A program made the translations under genes and the position numbers. A model generated the notes under the pieces. That model ran no database searches and was not told the origin of the DNA. It saw only the letters and a list, made by a program, of their open reading frames with translations. A stretch of 24,000 bases of DNA from NCBI GenBank assembly GCA_035649535.1, contig DASRJI010000168.1, forward strand, positions 1 through 24,000, read 5' to 3'. Source of the stretch: Acidimicrobiales bacterium (GTDB lineage: Bacteria > Actinomycetota > Acidimicrobiia > Acidimicrobiales > JACDEA01). This document shows positions 8,971 through 16,147 of this stretch, in pieces (the first letter of the stretch is position 1; each line of letters starts with the position of its first letter).

Positions 8971-10016
8971 CAGTGCTTCGTGGTCTCCTCGCCGGCCGTC
9001 TTGGACTCGGCGGGCGTGATGACCAGGGTCCCGGTCATCGTCGTCGGGTGGAAGTCGCAGACGAAGGCGTAGCTGCCGGGCGCCGGCGTGTGCGTGTCGT
9101 ACTGGATGCGACCACCGGGGATCGGCTTCCCGTTGAAGAGCGGTCGACTGCCGGGCTCGGTGGACGTGTAGAACGCGACGTTGTGGTAGGTGCCGACGTC
9201 GTCATTCTGGAACTTGACGATGACTTCCTCACCGGCCGGGAACTTGATCTCTTTCAGGGAGAACTGGACGTCCTTGGCGGTGACGGCGACGGTCGGTATC
9301 TCGCTCGGCTCCGGATGAAATTCGCGCTCGCCGGCCTTGGCCCCGATCGCACCAGCGGCGACCATCCCGACGAGCGCAACCGAGGCGATGCCCACGAGGG
9401 CCGACGGTTGCAGACGTGGGCGGGAAGCGATGAACCACAGCACCACGACCAGACCAGCGGCCAGCACGAGCGCGGTGACCCACGATGCGGTGGTTGAGAT
9501 GGCGAGCAGCACACGGGAGACCATCACCGCGATGAACAACGCGCCGAGCACGCCGAGCACCGGCATGGCGAGCGGCGCAACCAGGCGCTCGACGACGCGC
9601 GCCTGCACCGGCCCCGTGAAGCTCGGGTGTTCGCGCCAGACCTGCGAGAGCCAACCGCCGAGCGGGATCAGGGTGGCGGCGAGGGCGGCGCCGAGCCACG
9701 ACGCTCCGGCGGCGGTCGCCAGGGCCAGGGACACCAACGACAGCGCGGCGACGAGCGGCCACGCGCTGGCGGCCGGTGCGTCGGCTTCGGTGTAGGCGTT
9801 GCGGCGCTCGGGCGCCGGTGCGTCGGCCGGCACCGCCGGCGCGCGGTCGTCGCGCAGCGTGAACGCGGCGACGAGGGCCAGCACGGCGGCCGCGCCGGCG
9901 ACGCCGGCGAGCAGATCGGCGCCGGCGCGATCACCGACCACCACGCCGTAGCCGATGGCGGCGACGAGCGCGACGCCGCTAAGGGCGACGTACAGCTTGG
10001 TTGCGAGGTTGACCAC
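8970..10016 (-). CDS. Polytopic (about 7 TM) membrane protein with C-terminal type-1 (blue) copper cupredoxin domain
   Basis: 348 aa. The N-terminal 240 aa form about 7 hydrophobic helices. The C-terminal 100 aa carry the cupredoxin ligand pattern GTYHNVAF ... FVCDFHPTTMTG (His, Cys-x2-His-x3-Met). GTG start 7 nt after the upstream stop. Its stop shares one nucleotide with the ctaC ATG. Confidence 0.8.
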   Translation of the reverse strand: MVNLATKLYVALSGVALVAAIGYGVVVGDRAGADLLAGVAGAAAVLALVAAFTLRDDRAPAVPADAPAPERRNAYTEADAPAASAWPLVAALSLVSLALATAAGASWLGAALAATLIPLGGWLSQVWREHPSFTGPVQARVVERLVAPLAMPVLGVLGALFIAVMVSRVLLAISTTASWVTALVLAAGLVVVLWFIASRPRLQPSALVGIASVALVGMVAAGAIGAKAGEREFHPEPSEIPTVAVTAKDVQFSLKEIKFPAGEEVIVKFQNDDVGTYHNVAFYTSTEPGSRPLFNGKPIPGGRIQYDTHTPAPGSYAFVCDFHPTTMTGTLVITPAESKTAGEETTKH

Positions 10017-10023
10017 GGCGGCT

Positions 10024-10617
10024 CTACCGGTGCTGGAGGAGGAAGAGGGCGGTGAACACGAGCAGCCACGCGGCCGACACGACGTGCCAGTGCCACGCGG
10101 CGGCGCGGACCAATGACGGATCGGAGGCGGTGGCCTGGTCGCCCATCGTGCGCGTCAGGGCCACGATGAGGAACCCGATACCGCCGACGGCGATGACGCC
10201 GACGACGATGAGCAGCGCGTAGGCCAGCGCGCCGTACGAATGGTCAGCCGGCCCGAAGTGCAGCTGGGTACCGAGGTACCAGAGCAAGTTGACGAACGCG
10301 AGGCCGAGTCCGCCGGTGAGCGTCAACGCTCCCAAGGACTGGCGGCGGTTGCCGCGCCGCAACGCGTACACCGCCCACTCAGCGGTGACGATCGTCAAGC
10401 CCATCGTGATCGTGAGCGTCGTGCCGAGGTAGTTGTCGAGGCTCACGCCCTTCGGCGGCCACCGGTCGGCCAGGCCGCGCACGTTGAGGTAGCCGGCCAC
10501 GAGGGCGCCGACCACCATCAATTCGGCGACGCCGGCCAGCAGGGTTGCGACACTCAGCCCGTTGGTCGGACGGCCGCGGTCGCCGCGCGGGAGGGCGAGC
10601 ATCGTGGGCGTGCTCAT
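10024..10617 (-). CDS. Heme-copper oxidase subunit III-like membrane protein (second copy, divergent)
   Basis: 197 aa, about 5 TM. The C-terminal AAAWHWHVVSAAWLLVF matches the COX3 WHFVDVVW signature region. ATGA overlap with the upstream subunit I-like gene. Confidence 0.7.
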   Translation of the reverse strand: MSTPTMLALPRGDRGRPTNGLSVATLLAGVAELMVVGALVAGYLNVRGLADRWPPKGVSLDNYLGTTLTITMGLTIVTAEWAVYALRRGNRRQSLGALTLTGGLGLAFVNLLWYLGTQLHFGPADHSYGALAYALLIVVGVIAVGGIGFLIVALTRTMGDQATASDPSLVRAAAWHWHVVSAAWLLVFTALFLLQHR

Positions 10618-12140
10618 GCCGATGCCTCGACGGCGCGCAGATCGCCGAGCGGCGTGGACGAGCGCACTTCAGGAATGGCGTCGAAGTTGTGCGCGGGCGG
10701 CGGTGAGGTCGTCGCCCACTCGAGGGTGAGGCCGGCCTCGGCGGCATCGCTCGCGGTGACGCGGGCGGCGCGGGCCATGACCGACGCGGCGGTGGCGAGG
10801 ATGCCGAGGAGCACCAGGACGGCGCCGCCCTCGGCGATGCGGGAGAACCCGTCGGACGCGGCGACCTCGCCCGCTTGGCCGTCCCACCCGGCCAGATACG
10901 ACCCGAGCGCCATCACGGCCGAGCCACCGAAGAGCAGGAGGAGCTGTGCGCTGCCCGCCGCCGCACCGATCGGGCGGCCGAAGAGCTTGGCGCCCCAGTA
11001 GTGGAGGGCGCCGACGGCGAGGAGGAGCGGCGCGGCGATCGCGACCAGGTCGAGTTGACCGGCTGACCATGCGCTGCCATCGACCGGCTTGATGGCGGCG
11101 ACCCCGGCGGCCAGGCCGGCGGCCGCGAGAGCGAGGATGAAGGCGACCACGAACGATGCGCTGACGTCGGGCCGCGGCCGACCGGCCCGGCGCAGGGTGT
11201 CGAGCCAGACGAGCACGAGCACCGCGAGCGGGATCACGACCGCCGCGGTCAACCCGGAGTAGGTCGGCAGGACGATGCTGCTGGCGACCTTCGTGCCGGC
11301 AGCCCACGCGCCGAAGGCGAGGAACCCGACGGCGGCGATCGCGGTTCGGGCCGCGTTGAGGTTGGCGAGTGGGCGATCGGCCGCGTGGGCGACGATGTCG
11401 CTCGCCGCGCCCAGCCCGGGAACCACGAGCAGGTAGACGTCGGGCCGCCCGTACAGCCACAACATGTGCTGCCAGATGACCTGCGTGCCCACCGTGCCGG
11501 CGGCGAAGAACTCGTGGCCGCCGAAGTGCTGGTCGATGAACAGCAGCACCAGCCCGGCGAGGAACACCGGCGCCGCGAGCAGGGTGCCCGTGCTGCTCAC
11601 CAGCGTCGCCCAGCTGAACATCGGCAGGCGGCCCAGCGTCATGCCGTCGGTGCGGTACAGCAGCACGGTGGCAACCAGGTTGGCGGCGGCGGCGATGGCG
11701 GCGATGGTGACGACGATGAGGCTCGCGACCCAGAGGTCGGTGTGGCCCTTGTCGCCCGCGCCGTTGAGCATGAACTGCCGCAGGCTGACGCCGACGACCC
11801 GAGGCCCGGCCCCGGTCTCGCTCAAGAGGTGGACAACACCGCCCAGCGCGTAGCTCCAGAACGCGAAGGACTGGAGCCTTGGGAAGGCGAGGCGCGAGGC
11901 GCCGATCTGCAGCGGGACGAGGTAGGTGGCCAGGCCGACCCACAGCGGGGCGAGCACAAGCGTGGCCGTGCCCGAGGCGCGCAGGTCGGAAAGGCGCAGG
12001 TAGGAGAGCTGCGAGAGGTCGGACTGGGCCCGCAGGAGCGCTCCGGCAACGCCGCCCACCACCAGGAAAGCCAGCGCCACGACGATGTACATGCGCCCGA
12101 TGCGCTTGTGGTCGGCCGTGGTCAGCCAGGTGCCCGTCAT
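10614..12140 (-). CDS. Heme-copper oxidase subunit I-like protein lacking the canonical heme/CuB histidine ligands
   Basis: 508 aa, 12-TM-like, clearly homologous to CtaD (WLTTADHKRIG, LAFPRLQSFAFW, MTLGRLPMFSWATLVSS, IWQHMLWLYG, LTLEWATT..AHNF). The ligand positions read ASG, GRPDVY, WAAGTK, and there is no AHFHY motif. The ORF is uninterrupted and translationally coupled downstream. Confidence 0.85.
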   Translation of the reverse strand: MTGTWLTTADHKRIGRMYIVVALAFLVVGGVAGALLRAQSDLSQLSYLRLSDLRASGTATLVLAPLWVGLATYLVPLQIGASRLAFPRLQSFAFWSYALGGVVHLLSETGAGPRVVGVSLRQFMLNGAGDKGHTDLWVASLIVVTIAAIAAAANLVATVLLYRTDGMTLGRLPMFSWATLVSSTGTLLAAPVFLAGLVLLFIDQHFGGHEFFAAGTVGTQVIWQHMLWLYGRPDVYLLVVPGLGAASDIVAHAADRPLANLNAARTAIAAVGFLAFGAWAAGTKVASSIVLPTYSGLTAAVVIPLAVLVLVWLDTLRRAGRPRPDVSASFVVAFILALAAAGLAAGVAAIKPVDGSAWSAGQLDLVAIAAPLLLAVGALHYWGAKLFGRPIGAAAGSAQLLLLFGGSAVMALGSYLAGWDGQAGEVAASDGFSRIAEGGAVLVLLGILATAASVMARAARVTASDAAEAGLTLEWATTSPPPAHNFDAIPEVRSSTPLGDLRAVEASA

Positions 12141-12167
12141 GGCGTGCGCAATCTAGTCATTGGCGCG

Positions 12168-13061
12168 TCAGCGACTCCGCACCAACTGGTCCAATGCCAT
12201 GGCCGAAAACAACAAGGTCACGTAGGTGATCGAGTAGCTGAAGAGCCGCATGGCCCGGGCAGCGGTGCCGTCCTGGAGGAGGCGCACGGCCAGGACGAGG
12301 AATACAGCACCCAGCACCACGGCGGCGACGCCGTAAATCGCCCCCATCCCGCCCACCTCGGCGAACACGAGCGACAGGGCGTACAGCGCCACCGTGTAGA
12401 CGATGATCTGGCGCGCCGTGGTCTTGAGCGAGGCGACCGCGGGGAGCATGGGGACGCCCGCAGCCCGGTAGTCGTCGCGGTACTTGATCGCCAGGGCCCA
12501 GAAATGCGGCGGCGTCCAGACGAAGATGATGGCGAACAGGACGAGCGGCGCCAGGCCTACGTCGTTGCGGACCGCGGCCCACCCGACCAGTACCGGCACG
12601 GCGCCCGCCGCACCGCCGATCACGATGTTCTGCCGGCTCGTGCGCTTGAGCCAGAGCGTGTACACGAACACGTAGAAGAGGGTCGCCGACAGGGCGAGGA
12701 CCGCCGACAGCAGATTGACCAACACCCACAGCTCGACGAACGCGACGGCCTCGAGAATGAGAGCGAACGTCAGCGCGGCCGCGGGCGTGACCTCGCCGGT
12801 GACGAGCGGCCGGCCTGCGGTGCGGGCCATGAGCCGGTCGATGTCGCGGTCGGCCCACATGTTGATCGCGTTGGCGCCGCCCGCAGCCAGCGCACCACCG
12901 AGCAGCGTGGCCGCCATGAGCCCGAGCGACGGCATGCCGCGCTGGGCCACCACCATTGTCGGCAGCGTGGTCACGAGCAGCAGCTCGATGATGCGGGGCT
13001 TGGTGAGGGCCACGTAGGCCTTCACTGGGCCCCGACGACCCAAGAGGCGGGTGGCAGGCAT
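12168..13061 (-). CDS. ctaB: Protoheme IX farnesyltransferase (heme O synthase)
   Basis: 297 aa of the UbiA prenyltransferase family. Motifs: YVALTKPRIIELLL, NMWADRDIDRLMARTAGRP, TPPHFWALA. Its stop lies 27 nt upstream of the subunit I-like start. Confidence 0.93.
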   Translation of the reverse strand: MPATRLLGRRGPVKAYVALTKPRIIELLLVTTLPTMVVAQRGMPSLGLMAATLLGGALAAGGANAINMWADRDIDRLMARTAGRPLVTGEVTPAAALTFALILEAVAFVELWVLVNLLSAVLALSATLFYVFVYTLWLKRTSRQNIVIGGAAGAVPVLVGWAAVRNDVGLAPLVLFAIIFVWTPPHFWALAIKYRDDYRAAGVPMLPAVASLKTTARQIIVYTVALYALSLVFAEVGGMGAIYGVAAVVLGAVFLVLAVRLLQDGTAARAMRLFSYSITYVTLLFSAMALDQLVRSR

Positions 13062-13131
13062 CCGGGCAGCACACTAACTGGCTCGTGACCGGATTCACCA
13101 AGCGCGGACATGCCCCTACTGTCCAGGTTTC

Positions 13132-14034
13132 GTGGGCCGACTCTCCCCCCGTACCTACGGGCTCCTGACGGCCGTCGTCACGTGGGCGGTGGCGGCGATC
13201 ATCGTCACCGGTGGCGCGGTTCGGCTGACCGGGTCCGGCCTGGGCTGCCCCGACTGGCCGACATGCACGCAGGACCGCCTCGTCGCCCAGTGGGACTACC
13301 ACCAGATGGTCGAATTCGTGAACCGGGTCGTGACCGGCTTGGTCTCGGTCGGCGTCATCCTCGCCGTCCTCGGGGCATGGGTGCGCGTCCCCCGGCGTCG
13401 CGATCTCGTGCTGCTGGCGTGCGGCCTGGTGGCCGGGGTGATCGCCCAGATCGTGCTGGGCGGGATCACGGTGCTTTTCGACCTGGCGCCCCAACTCGTC
13501 GCCAGCCACTTCCTGCTCTCACTCGCCCTGCTGACCGTTGCGGTCGTCCTGCACGAGCGGGCGACGTCGCCCGACACGCCGCCGGTGCTGGCGGTGCCGG
13601 CCGACTTGGCACGGCTGGGCCGCGTGCTGCTCGCGGCCGCCGCGGTCGTCGTCGTCACCGGAACGGTCGTCACCGGCTCCGGGCCTCACGGTGGCGACGA
13701 GCACGCCCGTCGCTTCCCGTTCCTCCCGACCGACGCGGCGCGGGTGCACGGCATCAGCGTGATGTTGTTCCTCGGGCTGACGTTGCTCACAGTCGCGTTG
13801 TTGCGCCGCAGCGGGACGCGACCCGAGACCGTGCGGCGGGCGACGGTGCTGCTCGCGGTCATCGTCGGCCAGGCCGCGGTCGGCTACACGCAGTACTTCA
13901 CCGGTGTGCCCGCGTTGCTCGTCGGCATTCACCTCGCGGGCGCCGCCGCGGTGTGGACCGCCACCGTGCGGTTCCAACTCGGGCTCTACGTGCGGACTGC
14001 GACAATGGCTCCGTGGCCGGCACCGCACCCGTAG
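13132..14034 (+). CDS. ctaA: Heme A synthase (COX15/CtaA family)
   Basis: 300 aa and multi-TM. It has the [12 protein letters not shown] motif and a second-half HGGDEH / VHG histidine region typical of CtaA. Divergent from ctaB with a 70-nt spacer. GTG start. Confidence 0.9.
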   Translation: MGRLSPRTYGLLTAVVTWAVAAIIVTGGAVRLTGSGLGCPDWPTCTQDRLVAQWDYHQMVEFVNRVVTGLVSVGVILAVLGAWVRVPRRRDLVLLACGLVAGVIAQIVLGGITVLFDLAPQLVASHFLLSLALLTVAVVLHERATSPDTPPVLAVPADLARLGRVLLAAAAVVVVTGTVVTGSGPHGGDEHARRFPFLPTDAARVHGISVMLFLGLTLLTVALLRRSGTRPETVRRATVLLAVIVGQAAVGYTQYFTGVPALLVGIHLAGAAAVWTATVRFQLGLYVRTATMAPWPAPHP

Positions 14035-14318
14035 AGCTCGAGCGCCCCGACATCGGGTGGGCGAGCGACGAGGACGTCAGCCCCGACCACCCGTGGATCG
14101 TCATCGTGTGGAACGACCCGATCAACTTGATGTCCTACGTCACCTACGTGTTCCAGAAGCTGTTCGGTTACAGCCTCGAGAAGGCGACGAAGCTGATGCT
14201 CGACGTCCACGAGAAAGGCAAGGCGGTGGTGTCGAGCGGCTCGCGTGAACGAGCTGAACTCGATGTGTTCCGGCTTCACGAACACGGGCTGTGGGCGACG
14301 ATGGAGCACAACGGTTGA
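14013..14318 (+). CDS. clpS: ATP-dependent Clp protease adaptor ClpS
   Basis: The C-terminal part of the 402-aa track ORF reads [47 protein letters not shown], the ClpS core. The first in-frame start upstream of the core is the GTG at 14013, which overlaps the ctaA end by 22 nt. The start is uncertain. Confidence 0.85.
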   Translation: MAGTAPVELERPDIGWASDEDVSPDHPWIVIVWNDPINLMSYVTYVFQKLFGYSLEKATKLMLDVHEKGKAVVSSGSRERAELDVFRLHEHGLWATMEHNG

Positions 14319-14782
14319 TGGAGATGGAGCCCCCGGTTCGCCGGGTGGCCAGCGGCGGCTTCGCCGTCACGCTGTCCGACGACGAGCGCGACGTGTTGCG
14401 CGGCCTGCCGACCCAACTACGCGAACTGCTCGGCAGCGACGACCCGTCGTTGCGCAGGCTCTTCCCGCCCGCCTATCCCGACGACGACGAGTTGGAAGCC
14501 GAGTACCGACAGCTCATGTCGGAGGACCTGCTGGCCGGCCACGCCGCGTCGCTCGACCTCATGGAGGCCACCGTCGACCACGACGAGCTGACCGAGGACG
14601 AACTCGTCGGCTGGCTCGGCGCCCTCAACGATCTGCGGCTCGTCCTGGGAACGCGTCTCGACGTCACCGAGGACCTCGACCCGACGACCATCGATCCCAA
14701 GGATCCGCGGCGCCATGCCTTCGCGCTGTACCACTACCTCACGTGGCTGCAGGACGAGGTGATTACCGCCCTAAGCGGCTGA
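14318..14782 (+). CDS. DUF2017-domain protein (conserved ClpS-neighbour in Actinomycetota)
   Basis: Acidic protein (RRLFPPAYPDDDELEAEYRQLMSEDL, WLGALNDLRLVLG) in the typical position after clpS. I chose the ATG at 14318, which shares one nucleotide with the clpS TGA. The track ORF starts at 14291. Confidence 0.7.
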   Translation: MEMEPPVRRVASGGFAVTLSDDERDVLRGLPTQLRELLGSDDPSLRRLFPPAYPDDDELEAEYRQLMSEDLLAGHAASLDLMEATVDHDELTEDELVGWLGALNDLRLVLGTRLDVTEDLDPTTIDPKDPRRHAFALYHYLTWLQDEVITALSG

Positions 14783-15367
14783 CGTGGTGATGCTGTCGAC
14801 CGACGACGCCGTCGCGAACCGGTAGATCACCACCGCGCTGCTCGCCGCCGCGCCCAACACCAGGGCACCGGTGGGCTTGGGCCCCCACAGGTTGGGCCAA
14901 TCGGCCGCCCACCACAGCGCGCTGCCGGCGACCCATGCCACACACACCAGCCCGTAGACGCGCGACCGGAGGCGACTGCCAGCTAGTGCCACGACGGCGG
15001 CGATCGGCACCAGGGCAGGGAACGTCGTGACCATCTGGCCGCCGGCGGTGGCCACGCCCTTGCCGCCGCGGAAGCCGTTCCACAGTGGGAAGCAGTGGCC
15101 GATGACAGCCGCGGTCCCGGCCGCGCTGGCCGCCGCGCCGCCGCCCATCCACCGCCCGACGGCACAGGCCGCCACGCCCTTGGCGATGTCGAGCACGAGA
15201 ACGAACAGGCCCCACCCCTTACCCAGCTCGCCCATCACGTTGGCGGCACCGGGGTTGCCCGAGCCCATGTCGCGGATCTCCGCGTGGTGGCCGAGCGCAA
15301 ACCGGGCCGCGAGGTCAGCCGATGGGAACGTGCCCAGTACGTAGGCACAGGCCACGGCGAGGAGCAT
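14771..15367 (-). CDS. plsY: Glycerol-3-phosphate acyltransferase PlsY
   Basis: Motifs GSGNPGAANV, HCFPLWNGFRGGKGVAT. The internal ATG at 15367 (MLLAVACAYVLGTFPSADL) gives about 198 aa, the usual PlsY size. The track ORF extends to a GTG at 15484. The 3' end overlaps DUF2017 convergently by 12 nt. Confidence 0.85.
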   Translation of the reverse strand: MLLAVACAYVLGTFPSADLAARFALGHHAEIRDMGSGNPGAANVMGELGKGWGLFVLVLDIAKGVAACAVGRWMGGGAAASAAGTAAVIGHCFPLWNGFRGGKGVATAGGQMVTTFPALVPIAAVVALAGSRLRSRVYGLVCVAWVAGSALWWAADWPNLWGPKPTGALVLGAAASSAVVIYRFATASSVDSITTSAA

Positions 15368-15403
15368 CACCGGTCGTAACAGTAGGTTCGCAGCATCGAG
15401 ACC

Positions 15404-16147
15404 TTGCGTATCCTTGTCGCCGACGGCGTAACCCTCGAGGCGCGCGAATGGCCGGGCCAAGCCACCGCCTTTCTCCTCGTGCACGGGCTGGCCTCGAACG
15501 CCCGCATGTGGGACGGCGTGGCCGAACAGCTCGCGTCACGCGGTCACCGCGTCGTCGCCGTCGACCAGCGCGGCCACGGTCGCTCCGACAAGCCGGACAC
15601 GGGGTACGACTTCGCCACGCTCACCGCGGACCTGGTCGCGCTCATGGACGCCCTCGACCTCGACCGGCCCGTCGCCGCCGGCCAGTCGTGGGGCGGCAAC
15701 GTCGTCCTCGAACTCGGTCACCGGTACCCATCCCGGGTAGCCGGCGTGGCCTGCATCGACGGCGGCACGCGCGACATGGCCGAGCGCCTTCCGGATTGGG
15801 AGGAGGCATCGGTGGTGCTGGCGCCGCCGGTATTCGACAACGTGCGTCGCGACGAGATCGGGGCCTACATGCGACGCACGCATCCCGATTGGCCCGAGTC
15901 CGGGATCACCGGCGCGCTGGCGAACTTCGACGTGCGCGACGACGGCACGGTCGCGCCGTGGCTCACGCGGACACGCCACATGACGATTCTGCGCGAGCTG
16001 TGGCAGCACCGGCCGACCGAGGTGCTGCCACAACTCACGGTGCCGGTCTGCATCGTGAACGCGCGCGACTACGACGCCGACCATGACATCCACGCGCAGA
16101 AGCCAGAGCTGGTCGCGCAGTTGCTCCTCGAAGCGGTTGGGGCGTGA
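15404..16147 (+). CDS. Alpha/beta-fold hydrolase
   Basis: 247 aa. HGLASNARMW oxyanion region, DQRGHGRSD, and nucleophile elbow GQSWGG. TTG start. Confidence 0.8.
   Translation: MRILVADGVTLEAREWPGQATAFLLVHGLASNARMWDGVAEQLASRGHRVVAVDQRGHGRSDKPDTGYDFATLTADLVALMDALDLDRPVAAGQSWGGNVVLELGHRYPSRVAGVACIDGGTRDMAERLPDWEEASVVLAPPVFDNVRRDEIGAYMRRTHPDWPESGITGALANFDVRDDGTVAPWLTRTRHMTILRELWQHRPTEVLPQLTVPVCIVNARDYDADHDIHAQKPELVAQLLLEAVGA

Noticed and set aside
10614-12140. Possibility that the subunit I-like gene is a pseudogene, or a nitric-oxide reductase or other divergent active heme-copper oxidase
   Set aside because: Pseudogene: there is no frameshift or stop across 508 codons, the hydrophobic helices are preserved, and the ATGA coupling is kept. 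NOR or divergent oxidases: these retain all six histidine ligands, which are absent here. I cannot exclude recent inactivation without comparative data.
13062-13131. Divergent ctaB/ctaA intergenic region as an annotated promoter or operator
   Set aside because: Promoters for both units presumably lie here, but I could not identify a convincing -10/-35 pair or a palindromic operator by eye in this GC-rich 70-nt spacer, so no feature is reported.
14013-14034. 22-nt overlap of ctaA and clpS as evidence for functional coupling of heme A synthesis and N-degron proteolysis
   Set aside because: The clpS start codon is uncertain (the GTG was chosen only because it is the first in-frame start). clpS-DUF2017 is a widespread housekeeping pair, so adjacency to ctaA is most simply coincidental.
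13110-14318. 402-aa plus-strand ORF spanning ctaA and clpS
   Set aside because: Only the last roughly 100 codons encode a recognisable protein (ClpS). The upstream 300 codons are an Arg-rich alternative frame of ctaA. clpS is annotated from the GTG at 14013.
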